DNA from: Mobula hypostoma
Lineage: Eukaryota
DNA: 64,000 bases
Direction of reading: 5' to 3'
NCBI RefSeq assembly: GCF_963921235.1
Contig: NC_086097.1
Span: 45,758,001 to 45,822,000, forward strand
Position 1 is the first letter of the stretch. Every line of letters starts with the position of its first letter. The notes under the pieces are model-generated. The model was given only the letters and a program-made list of their open reading frames with translations. It was not told the DNA's origin and ran no database searches. The position numbers and the translations under genes are program-made. Positions 1 to 11,608 of this stretch are shown here, piece by piece.

Positions 1-795
1 TCCTCCAATTTTCGCTCTGCATGAGGTGGTCTATAATACACCCCTATAAGTGTTACTACACCTTTCCCATTCCTCAATTCCACCCAAATAGCCTACCTAG
101 ATGAGCCCTCCGATCTATCCTGCCAGAGCACCGTTGTAATATTTTCTCTGACAATCAATGCAACACCTCCCCCTCTTGTCCCTCCGATTCTATCACACCT
201 GAAGCAACGAAATCCAGGAATAATTAGTTGCCAATCACACCCCTCCTGCAACTATGTTTCACTAATAGCTACAACATCATACTTCCAGGTATCAATCCAT
301 GCTCTAAGCTCATCCACCTTTCTTACAATGCTCCTAGCATTAAAATAAACACATTTAAGAAATTTTCCACCTCTTACTCTCTGTTTATCACTAACGGTGC
401 AAACAACTTTACTATCTCCTTTTTCTTCCTTCTCCCCTACATCTGTTCTGGTTCCCCTCCCCCCCCCCCCCCGTATTAGTTTAAATCCACCGGAGCCTCT
501 CTAGCAAACCTACCTGCAAGAATATTTGTCCCCCTCCAGTTCAGATGTAAACCAGCCCGCCGGAACAGGTCCCACCTTCCCTGTAAAACTGCCCAATTAT
601 CTATAAATCTGAAGCCCTCCCTCCTGCACCATGTCTTCAGCCACGTGTTGATCTGCGCTATCTTACTATTTCTAAACCCGCCTGCACATGGCACTGGTAG
701 CAATCCTGAGATTGCTATCTTGGAGGTCCTGTCCTTTAACTTGGCGCCTAACTCCCTAAACTCACCTTTCAGGACCTCCTCACTCTTCCTACCCA
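1..795 (-). mobile_element. CR1-clade LINE fragment: ORF1 C-terminus (SGNH/esterase-like) plus start of ORF2 APE endonuclease; runs off the window edge
   Basis: ORF 476-796 (ISGLLPVP...WLKTWCRREGFRFIDNW...GLHLNWRG) is typical of the CR1 ORF1 esterase domain. The minus strand of 1-355 reads LKCVYFNARSIVRKVDEL...ETWL...GVYYRPP (endonuclease) with an in-frame stop. Confidence 0.9.
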
Positions 796-1559
796 ATTTT
801 CTACCCAGTCCTTTTTAGAATTTGTCGGTTACGATAACCTGGCTACTGGGCTCCTCCCCTGGAGCTCATTCCAACAGATCTGGAGGAAATGGCAATGGAC
901 AAAGCAGTGGGAGGTGACTTACCAAAAGGCAAAGGAAATGGTGACAGCAAACACTGTACTCACACATTATGATCCGCACCATCCAGTAAAGCTTGCCTGT
1001 GACACCTGGTCTTACGGTATAGGTGCAGTCATGTCCCATGCTATAACTGATATAGTGAATGCCCCCACAGCCTTTGCACTGTGTTCCCTTACCACTACAG
1101 AGAAAAATTACACACAGATTGACTGAGAGGCCTTGAGTCTGGTTTGGGGTGTAAAACATTTCAACCAGTACTTGTATGGGAGACAGTTTACCCTCATTAC
1201 TGATCATCAACCACTACTGCCCATTTTCAATCCACAGAAGGGTGCCCCACTAACAGCAGAGGCACGAATGCAGAGGGGGGCTGTTTCTTGGAGAACACAA
1301 CTACAAGTTTGAATTCAAGTGGACAAGTAATCATGGAAATGCTGATAGATGGTCCCATTTACCTTTAGAAAAGGAAATTCCAGAAAAATTTACAGAAGAG
1401 GACACTCCTCTTGATGAATTCTCCCTAACACAAATTGAAAGTCTCCCTATTACGGTAGAGATGATCCAAAGGAAAACCAGAAAAAACCTCACACTGTCTC
1501 AGGTCTACATGGCAACCAAAATGGCTGGAATGTGCAGCATAAATTCCAGTTACCCTGTT

Positions 1560-2941
1560 CAAGATTCAAGATTCAAGATTCAAAAAACTTTATTGTCTTT
1601 CTAACCGTACATCATCTCTGCAGGGCAGAATGACACAGCGTTTCTCTGGAGCAGAGCAATCATAACATAACAAACGCAACACTAAATAATAAACATAACA
1701 ATAAATAGTAAAACACAACAGCCACATGTCAGTTAAATCAGTTATAAGTGTCCAGTGCAAGTTAAAAGTGTCCAAAGCAGAGTCAGGTGGAGCAGCTATT
1801 TAGCAGTCTGACTGCCCGTGGGAGGAAGCTGTTTAGTAGCCTTGTGGTTTTAGTTTTGATGCTTCTGTAACGTTTGCCTGATGGCAGAAGAACAAACAGT
1901 TCATGGAGAGGGTGTGAGGGGTCCTTAATGATGTACCATGTCTTCTGGAGGCATCGACTCTGAAAGAGGTCTTGGACAGAAGGTAGGGAGACCCCAATAA
2001 CCTTCTCTGCTCCCCTAACCATCCTCTGCAAGGCTTTTTTGTCGACAGCACTGCAGCTGGAGTACCAGGTTGTGATGCAAAAGGTCAGCACACTCTCAAC
2101 CACACCTCTGTAGAATGTAGTTAAGATGTTAGTGGGGAGTGATGCTTGTTTAAGCTTCCTCAGAAAGTGCAATCTCTGCTGGGCCCGTTTCACAATCCCA
2201 GTGGTGTTCCTGGACCAGGTGAGATTGTCCGAGATCTGCACCCCAAGGAACTTGATGTTTTCCACTCTCTCCACTGTGGAACCACTGATGCTGAAGGGTG
2301 TGTGCTCAGGCTGACACCGTCTGAAATCGACGATCATCTCCTTGGTTTTGGTGACATTAAGCATCAAGTTGTTATCCCTACACCAGCTCTCTAGGTATTT
2401 GACCTCCTCCCTGTACATTGTTTCATCATTTTTACTGATGAGCCCCACCTCTGGGGTATCATCTGCAAACTTAATGATCAGGATCTCCTTGAATCTGGCT
2501 GCACAGTCATGTGTTAGCAGTGTAAACAGCAATGGGCTAAGCACACAGCCTTGTGGGGATCCAGTGCTCAGTGTGATGGAGTCAGAGATGTTCCTGCCAA
2601 CACGAACTGACTGTGGTCTCTCTGTCAAGAAATCCAGAATCCAGAGACACATGGCCAAGCAGCGACAGTTTCTCCACTAGTCTCTGCGGGATGATGGTAT
2701 TGAACGCTGAACTGAAATCAATGTACAGGATTCCGGCATAAGTGTCTTTGTTGTCCAAGTGAGAGAGAACTGTGTGCAGTGTGGTGGATATTGCGTCCTC
2801 CGTAGAGCAATTTGGACGATAAGCAAACTGCAGAGGATCCAGTGATGAGGGGAGGCTGGCTGTGATATGAGGCTTGACAAGCCGTTCAAAACATTTCATC
2901 GCTATGGGGGTCAGGGCAACGGGACGGTAATCATTCAGACA
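1560..2941 (-). mobile_element. Rex1/Babar-type LINE, 5'-truncated, RT region with one frameshift
   Basis: ORFs 2582-2899 (CFERLVK...LDPLQFAYR) and 1783-2658 ([30 protein letters not shown]). 3' tail (TTCAAGA)n at ~1558-1583. Putative TSD CTGTT at 1555-1559 and 2942-2946. Confidence 0.92.
1783..2658 (-). pseudogene. Rex1/Babar reverse transcriptase C-terminal fragment (291 aa open frame)
   Basis: RT motifs [10 protein letters not shown] and FADD; upstream part lies in another frame (2582-2899). Confidence 0.9.
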
Positions 2942-4589
2942 CTGTTTCTACCAGTGCTGGGCTGAACTTGCCCTTGATGGGTGTGGCCTTATGTGGGGAT
3001 TGAGAATTGCTACACCATCCAGGCTGAGAGCTAAACCAATGGAGGAGCTACGTGTTAGTCATCTTGGCGTGGTCAGAATGAAATTTGGCTCGAAACTTTG
3101 TCTGGTGGCCTGTGAAAGATCAGCAGATTGAGCAGCTTGCTATGTTCTATTTGCGATGAAAACACATCCAGAAGAAAGACATCCAGAGCTGTCAGAACCA
3201 CATCCTGCAGTCCCAGAATCAACCACCGCAAAGGCCCCAGAACCTGAGATTGTTTTTGCAGCCAGAAGTCTAAACTACGAAACAGAATGACGCCTCAGCC
3301 ACCCACCCCCAACCTTGTCAAGAAAAACATTATCCCACAAGAGTGAGAAATTCTTCACAGCAATTAAATCTTTAGCCCTGAATGGGCCAATTTAAAATTT
3401 ACTGTACTGTGGATGTCTGTCTGCACAGTAGTTGTATTATTTCATATACTGTGTAGTATATTATATAACATAGAGAGCAACACATTATACATTTGAGTTG
3501 AGATGTATATATTGCATTGGAGTTTAAAGCTAAGCAGGGAGGAATGTTTAATACTTCAGTAATATTTGAGTAATATTGTAAATATATTGTATATTTGTAT
3601 AGTATACTGCATTTGCAGAAGTTGAGATGCATTCTATATTGAGTTGGAGTTTATAGCTAAGCTGTGCTGAGTATTTAATATTCAGTGATATTTGAGGAAT
3701 ATTGTAAATATATTGTTTGATTAAGCATTCTTTGTTGTTTACATAATTCAATCATTTAGATGTAAAAGTACGTGAATAGCATTGTTATTAGGCCACCATA
3801 AGTGAGCACTTCACTAAAGGGAAAATGAGGCATACACATTTTCCTGGGCTCCCCATTTTTTCTCCAATTCATTTTATGTTTTGGAGTTGCAAAACATAAC
3901 AGATATAGGCAAGGTATTCCACTCCAGCTGGCGCCATGACCAGAGCAGTTCCAGTTTCTGCTTGGCAACTGCAGATGTCCCTCAGCATGTGTTGTTGGAT
4001 AGAAACTGGCAGCAGGAACATTGCCCGTTTTCTGCACCCTCTGGCCCAGCAGCACTGACTGCAAGGTAGATGTATAGACCATATTGCCCAGCTTTCTGTT
4101 TGCTGTGTTGTGTCTCTGACACTTTATGATATGGTAGATTAGATAGGTCTGTGCTAGAGCCTCCTGTTAAAACAATTGCAGTTACCAACGTTCAAGAATT
4201 TACTCACAAGAGGAAGTTTAAGCTTTTTGAGGAAGTGAGCCAATGCTCTACTTATTTGTTTGAATTTTTTAAGATAAATCTAATATGCCTATATTGAGTT
4301 ATCAACATTGCCAATTGAAAGATTTTACATAATTATATCTTAAATAAAATATTTAATTTCAAGAAGGTGATGCTATCAGGACCCATCTAGGGGCTACCAA
4401 TCCCTTGCAAATTATCTAACAGCTATATTGAGTTGGGAGATTTGTATCAGCTGTGTTCACTGCTCATTGACTGAAAGCAGTTTTCATTATGGGCTAAGTC
4501 AAAATGACTGACAGCTGTTGGTCTGCAGGGGACAGCCAGCTGTCAGGTCTTTGAGGCTCAGCTTATGCTGGACCACTGCATGTGTTCAG

Positions 4590-4997
4590 TGAAACTTGGA
4601 AATCTTTCAAGCTTGAGGCTAGAATCTGGTAAATCTGATCCTCACAGCACCACCAGCACCAAGTCTCTCAGGAGTACACTCAGGGACAGTGAGCTATCAA
4701 ATGTCATTATGATCTGTGGCATCCAAGTACAAGGCTTGAGGCCTACTGTGCTCTTGTCTCCGAGGTAAGAAAGGACATTCTAGAGTAGTATTGAGGGACT
4801 ACACTATCCAATTCAAAATCTAACATCAAGTTGTTTGGTCACTATCACATTGACAAGTATTGGAGTGAGCTGTATACAATTTGATTGCTGTGTTTCCAGC
4901 GGTAAAACTGTGACCAGAAAAAAACTGGATGATTTTCATTTCCTGGAAAATGTTTTTGGATGTCATAAGGCAAGAAAGGGTGCTATATAAATGCACT
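4590..4997 (+). mobile_element. Ancient Deu-domain SINE-like relic
   Basis: TGGTCACTATCACATTG...TTGATTGCTGTGTTTCC and terminal GAAAGGGTGCTATATAAATGCA resemble my recollection of the shark DeuSINE (SacSINE1-like) body and tail. Heavily decayed. Confidence 0.5.
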
Positions 4998-5061
4998 ATG
5001 ACTGATCAAGCTAACTTCAATATTGCTTTGTAAGCAGGTCTTTGATTGACTTTCATTTGAA

Positions 5062-6632
5062 TTAGATTATGAAGACATGTAGTCCTCTTTTATTGTCATT
5101 TAGTAATGCATGCATTAAGAAATGATGTAATATTTCCTCCGGTGTGATATCACAAAACACAGGAGAGACCAAGACTGAAAAAACTGATAAAGCCACATAA
5201 TTATAACATGTAGTTACAACAGTGCAACAATATCATAACTTGATGAAGAAGTCCACGAACACAGTAAAAGTTCAAAGTCTCTCAAATGTCCCACATCTGT
5301 TATATATCAATATATATTAATGACATGGATGAGGGAATTAAATGCAGCATCTCCAAGTTTGCGGATGACACGAAGCTGGGTGGCAGTGTTAGCTGTGAGG
5401 AGGATGCTAGGAGGATGCAGGGTGACTTGGATAGGTTGGGTGAGTGGGCAAATTCATGGCAGATGCAATTTAATGTGGATAAATGTGAAGTTATCCACTT
5501 TGGTGGCAAAAATAGGAAAACAGATTATTATCTGAATGGTGGCCGATTAGGAAAAGGGGAGGTGCAACGAGACCTGGGTGTCATTATACACCAGTCACTG
5601 AAAGTGGGCATGCAGGTACAGCAGGTGGTGAAAAAGGCGAATGGTATGCTGGCATTTATAGTGAGAGGATTCGAGTACAGGAGCAGGGAGGTACTACTGC
5701 AGTTGTACAAGGCCTTGGTGAGACCACACCTGGAGTATTGTGTGCAGTTTTGGTCCCTTAATCTGAGGAAAGACATTCTTGCCATAGAGGGAGTACAAAG
5801 AAGGTTCACTAGATTGATTCCTGGGATGGCAGGACTTTCATATGAAGAAAGACTGGATGAACTGGGCTTGTACTCGTTGGAATTTAGAAGATTGAGGGGG
5901 GATCTGATTGAAACTTATAAAATCCTAAAGGGATTGGACAGGCTAGATGCAGGAAGATTGTTCCTGATGTTGGGGAAGTCCAGAACGAGGGGCCACAGTT
6001 TGAGGATAGAGGGGAAGCCTTTTAGGACCGAGATTAGGAAAAACTTCTTCACACAGAGAGTGGTGAATCGGTGGAATTCTCTGCCACAGGAAACAGTTGA
6101 GGCCAGTTCATTGGCTATATTTAAGAGGGAGTTAGATATGGCCCTTGTGGCTACGGGGGCCAGGGGGTATGGAGGGAAGGCTGGGGCGGGGTTCTGAGTT
6201 GGATGATCAGCCATGATCATAATAAATGGCGGTGCAGGCTCGAAGGGCCGAATGGCCTACTCCTGCACCTATTTTCTATGTTTCTATCTCATGCAGACAC
6301 TCTTCCTGCCATACCCGACCATGGTCCGACTCTGAGTCATCCGAAAACTTCGAGCTCTGATCAGCTCTCCGACACCGACTACTGAGTGCCATCTCTGTCC
6401 GAACGATTCGACCTCAACCTCAGTCACTAACAGCAGGCAAAGCCGGGGATTTTGAGGCCTACCCTCCGAAAGATTCCCCACCACGCAGTAACGACAGCAG
6501 CGAACGAGCGTTTCAAAAATTTCTCCAGATGTTCCTCTGTACTTCCACGTCCATTCTCCATCAAATCAGAATTGTCCATGGCCCCTATTTAACAGATACA
6601 ATATCACTTTTCACCGGAGGGCTGCGCACGCA
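5062..6632 (-). mobile_element. ~600-bp SINE-like element, copy 1, interrupted by a CR1 at 5299-6285
   Basis: 5062-5298 plus 6286-6632 are collinear with 34509-35147 and with the reverse complement of 46074-46673. Confidence 0.9.
5299..6285 (+). mobile_element. Young 5'-truncated CR1 LINE; RT C-terminus open (ORF 5286-6197)
   Basis: [29 protein letters not shown] motifs; 3' UTR ending (TTTCTATG)n; TSD ATCT at 5295-5298 and 6286-6289. Confidence 0.95.
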
Positions 6633-6777
6633 ATCAAGTGTAAAAAAATACTGATTTTTATTTGTATTTTTCACCTCACCATTTTCAATGTGATTCAGCT
6701 TTTCAATGTTGTAACCAAAACCAAAATGGTAAAGATGCATTCATGTTGAAGTATTTGGAGAAGGACATATACTTAGG

Positions 6778-6880
6778 TAGAGTCCTGATGAAGGATCTCG
6801 GTTTGAAAAGTCAGCTGTTTACTCTTTCCATAGATGCTGCCTGGCCTGCTGAGTTCCGCCTGCATTTTGTGTGTGCTGCT
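6778..6880 (+). repeat. Penelope-like 3' terminal fragment with decayed hammerhead core
   Basis: AGTC-CTGATGA...GAAA-AGTC then CATAGATGCTGCCTGGCCTGCTG, matching 57890-57990. Confidence 0.85.
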
Positions 6881-7513
6881 TAGGGAGAAGGTGGTTGGAT
6901 TCTAGAATAAGTTTCCATTGGAAAAAGAGGTTTACATGTCTTGGCAGTCTTATAGGTGGGTAAATCCCCAGCTGAAATGAGATGTTTCCCATGGGAGGCA
7001 CTGGAGGAGATTGGTGGACATCTGACAGAAACCTTTGAATCTTCCCTGGCCAGCGAGGATTTGCTACATGATTGGAGAACGAAGAACATCCAAAAAGGGA
7101 AGCAGGAATAATCCAGGTAATTACAGGTGGTAGATCTAATATCAGTTTCCTCGGGGAATGATTAGAAAAATTCGAGGGGATAGAATTAATTTGCACTTCG
7201 AGAGATGAGTTAATCAAGGATTGTCATCATGACGTGACTAAGGGGAGATCTTGTCCATGTGATTTGACTGAATTTTTCAAGAAAGTGACAGAGTGTGCTG
7301 ATGGGAATAGTATAGTTGACTTCAGAATGAATTTTGACATCTCCAAGAAGTGAGTACTCATGGAATCCATGTTAATCTAGCAAACTGGTTCATAAATTAG
7401 CTTGGTGGTAAGGAGAAAGAGGATGATAATGAAGGCTTATTTTGTGATTGGAAGCCTGTGACTAGTTGTTTTCTGCAGCAATTGAAGTGGAGTCCTTAAT
7501 GTTTAGTTACATA

Positions 7514-8097
7514 CACTCAGTGACGACTGAGTGTATGAAATTAATTCTTAATTTATTAGGTGGTAGCTAATAAAGTGGTCACTGAATGCATGTTTGTAGT
7601 CTTCTGCTGCAGTAGTGTGTCATCTTCGAGGTTCAACATATTGTGCATTTAGAGATGCTGTTCTGCACACCACCATTGTAACATGTGGTTATTTGAGTTA
7701 TTGTCACCTTCCTGTCAACTTGAACCAGGCCATTCTTTTTTGATCTCCCTCATTAACAAGGTGTTCAAGCCCAGAGAATTGCCACACTGGATTTTTATTT
7801 TTGTTTCTCCTGCCATTCTCCATAAACTCTAGAGACGGTTGTGAGTGAAACTCGCAGGCGATCAGCAGTTTCTGAAATACTCAAAACACTTTGTCTGGCA
7901 CTAACCATCATTCCACAGTCAAAGTCACTTGGATCACACTTCTTCCCCATTCTGATGTTTGATCTGAACAACAACTGAACCTCTTGACCATGTCTGCGTG
8001 CTTCTATGCATTGAGTTGCTCCCACATGATTGGCTGATTAGATATTTGCATTAATGAGCAGGTGTACAGGTGTACCTAATAAAGTGGCCACTGAGTG
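7514..8097 (-). mobile_element. Internally deleted Tc1/mariner DNA transposon
   Basis: ORF 7795-8025 MGKKCDPSDFDCGMMVSARQSVLSISETA...VSRVY is a Tc1 transposase N-terminal HTH region. Ends CACTCAGTG / CACTGAGTG are flanked by TA at 7512-7513 and 8098-8099. No DDE domain. Confidence 0.88.
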
Positions 8098-8410
8098 TAT
8101 TTTAACAAGCTGGATGTAAACATAGGGGAAATTGGTATTCACCATGAATTGTTAAGATGGACAGAGAAGTGGCAGATGGAATTTAATCTTGACAAATATG
8201 AGCTGTAGTTTGTGCATACAATTAATGCTGAGCTATATAGAAAGAACGTTAGGCCCGAGATAGTACTGGGGAACAGGGGCAACTTCCTTGTATGCATGTC
8301 CAAGGAGTCCTGAAGGCAGTAATATAGGTAACTAAGGTAGTCAGAATCCATTTGAGTTTTCTATTTTTTTTTTAGCAAGTGCTTAAAATATAAGAACTGG
8401 TACAATTAGT

Positions 8411-8790
8411 CACAGTCATATTCATAGTCATAGTCATACTTTATTGATCCCGGGGGAAATTGGTTTTTGTTACAGTTGCACCATAAATAATTATAAGTAG
8501 TAATAAAACCATAAATAGTTAAATAGTAATATGTAAATTATGCCAGGAATTAAGTCCAGGACCAGCCTATTGGCTCAGGGTATCTGACCCTCCAAGGGAG
8601 GAGTTGTAAAGTTTGATGGCCACAGGCAGGAATGACTTCCTATGACGCTCTGTGTTGCATCTCGGTGGAATGAGTCTCTGGCTGAATGTACTCCTGTGCC
8701 CACCCAGTACATTATGTAGTGGATGGGAGATATTGTCCAAGATGGCATGCAACTTGGACAGCATCCTCTTTTCGGACACCACTGTCTTAA
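8411..8790 (-). mobile_element. Rex1/Babar LINE 3' fragment
   Basis: ORF 8567-8797 (ILDNISHPLH...RHRKSFLPVAIKLYN); tail (AGTCAT)n at ~8408-8438; same 3' end as 30826-31090. Confidence 0.88.
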
Positions 8791-8890
8791 CTAACAACTA
8801 TTAGTTAGGCAGAGCTGGAGTATTGTACATAGTTCTGCTGTTCTGACGGCCACATTGTAGGAATATATACTGTATGTTGAAAATGATAAT

Positions 8891-11608
8891 AGACAATAGG
8901 AGTAGGCCATTCGGCCCTTCGAGCCAGCTCTGCCATTCACTGTGAACATGGCTGATCATCCACAATCAGCACCCCATTCCTGCCTTCTCCCCATATCCCT
9001 TGACTCCGCTATCTTTAAGAGCTCTATCAAACTCCTTCTTGAAAGAATCCAGAGAATTGGCCTCCACTGCCTTCTGAGGTAGAGCATTCCACAGATCCAC
9101 AATCCTCTGTGTGAAAAAGTTTTTCCTCAACTCCGTTCTAAATGTTCTACTCCTTATTCTGAATACTCTGAGCACCAGTGCCCCACAAGGCTGTGTACTC
9201 AGCCCCCTGCTGTACTCACGGTACACCCATGATTGTGTAGCCAAGTTTCCATTGAACTCAATATATAAGTTTGCTGATGACACCACAATTGTAGGCCGTA
9301 TCTCGGGTAATGATGAGTTTGAGTACAAGAGAGGAAATTAAGAACCTGGTGGCATTGTGCGAAGGCAATAACCTATCCCTCAATGTCAGCAAGACGAAGG
9401 AATTGGTTGTTGACTTCAGAAGGAGTAGCGGACCGCACGACCCCATTTACATCGGTGGTGCGTAAGTGGAACAGATCAAAAGCTTTAAGTTCCTCGGGGT
9501 CAATATCACAAATGACGTGACTTGGTCCAACCAAGCAGAGTCCACTGCCAAGAAGGCCCGCCAGCGCCTCTACTTCCTGAGGAAGCTAAGGAAATTTGTC
9601 CTTTCCCCTAAAACCCTCACTAATTTTTATAGATGCACCGTAGAAAGCATTCTTCTAGGGTGCATCACAACCTGGTATGTAAGTTGTCCTGTCCAAGACC
9701 GGATGAAGCTGCAGAAGATCGTGAACACGGCACAGCTCATCACACAATCCAATCTTCCATCCTTGGACTCACTTTACACCACACGCTGTCGGAGCAGTGC
9801 TGCCAGGATAATCAAGGACACGACTCACCCAGCCAATACACTTTTTGTCCCTCTTCCCTCTGGGAGAAGGCTCAGGAGCTTGAAGACTCGTACGGCCAGA
9901 TTTGGGAACAGCATCTTTCCAACTGTGATAAGACTGCTGAATGGATCCTGACCCGGATCTGGGCCGTACCTTCCAAATATCCGGACCTGCCTCTTGGTTT
10001 TTTTGCACTACCTTACTTTCCCTTTTCTATTTTCTATTTATGATTTATAATTTAAATTTTTAATATTTACTATCGATTTGTACTCCAGGGAGCACGAAGA
10101 CCAGAATCAAATATCGCTGTGATGATTGTATGCACTAGTATCAATTGTTTGGCGACAATAAAGTATAAAGTATTCTTAAACTGTGGCCTTTGGTTCTGGA
10201 CTCCCCCAACATCGGGAACATGTTTCCTGGCTCTAGCATGTCCAATCCCTTAATAATCTTATATGTTTCAATCAGATCCCCTCTCATCCTTCTAAATTCC
10301 AGTGTATACAAGCCCAGTCGTTCCAATCTTTCAACATATGACATTCCCGCCATCCCTGGAATTAACTCAGTGAACCTATGCTGCACTCCCTCCATAGCAA
10401 GAACGTCCTTCCTCAAATTTGGAGACCAAAACTGCACACAATACTCCAGGTGGGGTCTCACCAGGGCCTTGTCCAACTGCAGAAAGACCTCTTTGCTCCT
10501 ATACTCAACTCCCCTTGTTATGAAGGCCAACATGCTATTAGCTTTCTTCATTGCCTGCTGTACCTGTATGCTTACTTTCAATGACTGATGAACAAGGACA
10601 CCCAGATCTCGTTGTACTTCCCCTTTTCCTAACTTGACACCGTTCAGATAGTAATCTGCCTTCCTGTTCTTGCCACCAAAGTGGATAACCTCACATTTAT
10701 CCACATTAAACTGCATCTGCCCACTCACCCAACATGTCCAAGTCACCCTGCATTCTCATAACATCCTCCTCACATTTCACACTGTCACCCAGCTTTGTGT
10801 CATCTGCAAATTTGCTAATGTTACTTTTAATCCCTTCATCTAAATCATTAATGTATATTGTAAATAGCTGTGGTCCCAGCACTGAGCCTTGCAGTACCCC
10901 ACGAGTCACTGCCTGCCATTCTGAAAGGGACCCGTTAATCCCTACTCTTTGTTTTCTGTCTGCCAACCAATTTTCTATCCATGTCAGTACCCTACCCCCA
11001 ATACCATGTGCGCTAATTTTGCCCACTAACCTCCTATGTGGGACCTTATCAAAGGCTTTCTGGAAGTCCAGGTACACTACATCCACTGGCTTTCCCATGT
11101 CCATTTTCATAGGTATATCCTCAAAAAATTCCAGAAGATTAGTCAAGTATGATTTCCCCTTCATAAATCCATGCTGACTGGGACCTATCCTGCTACTGCT
11201 ATCCAAATATGCCGCTATTTCATCTTTTATAATTGACTCCAGCATCTTCCACACCACTGATGTCAGACTAACTGGTCTATAATTGCCTGTTTTCTCTCTC
11301 CCTCCTTTCTTAAAAAGTGGGATAACATTAGCTACCCTTCAATCCGCAGGAACTGATCCTGAATCTATAGAACATTGGAAAATGATTACCAATGTGTCCA
11401 CGATTTCTAGAGCCACCTCCTTAAGTACCCTGGGATGCAGACCATCAGGCCCTGGGGATTTATCAGCCTTCAGTCCCATCAGTTTACCCAACACCATTTT
11501 CTGCCTAATGCGAATTTCCTTCAGTTCCTCCATTACCTCTGGCCACTATTACATCTGGGGATTGTGTCTTCCCTAGTGAAGACAGATCCAAAGTACCTGT
11601 TCAGCAGG
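8891..11608 (-). mobile_element. CR1 LINE (RT to 3' UTR), split by a Rex/Babar LINE at 9161-10170
   Basis: ORFs 11339-11533, 10706-11257 ([17 protein letters not shown]) and 10141-10746; 3' UTR at 8891-9160; TSD ATGATAAT at 8883-8890 and 11609-11616. Confidence 0.95.
9161..10170 (+). mobile_element. Rex1/Babar LINE, 5'-truncated
   Basis: [11 protein letters not shown]...KFADDTT and ORF 9466-9951 (KKARQRLYFLRKL); tail AATAAAGTATAAAG; TSD TATTCT at 9155-9160 and 10171-10176. Confidence 0.93.

Larger units (their letters stand above)
810..3901 (+). mobile_element. Degenerate Gypsy LTR retrotransposon, 3' part (RT end, RNase H, integrase N-terminus, 3' LTR), split by a LINE at 1560-2941
   Basis: ORF 914-1126 VLTHYDPHHPVKLACD...YGIGAV is Ty3/Gypsy RNase H. 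Across the LINE the frame resumes ELALDGCGLMWG...EELRVSHLGVVRMK (integrase HHCC region). A purine tract GCAGGGAGGAA at ~3534-3544 precedes an LTR ending AACATAACA at 3901 that resembles the LTRs at 42809 and 46002. Confidence 0.85.

Noticed and set aside
8966..9341. Overlapping ORFs 8966-9328 (-) and 9111-9341 (+) that look like hybrid proteins
   Set aside because: They run across the CR1/Rex insertion junction at 9160/9161; each is half sense and half antisense retroelement sequence.
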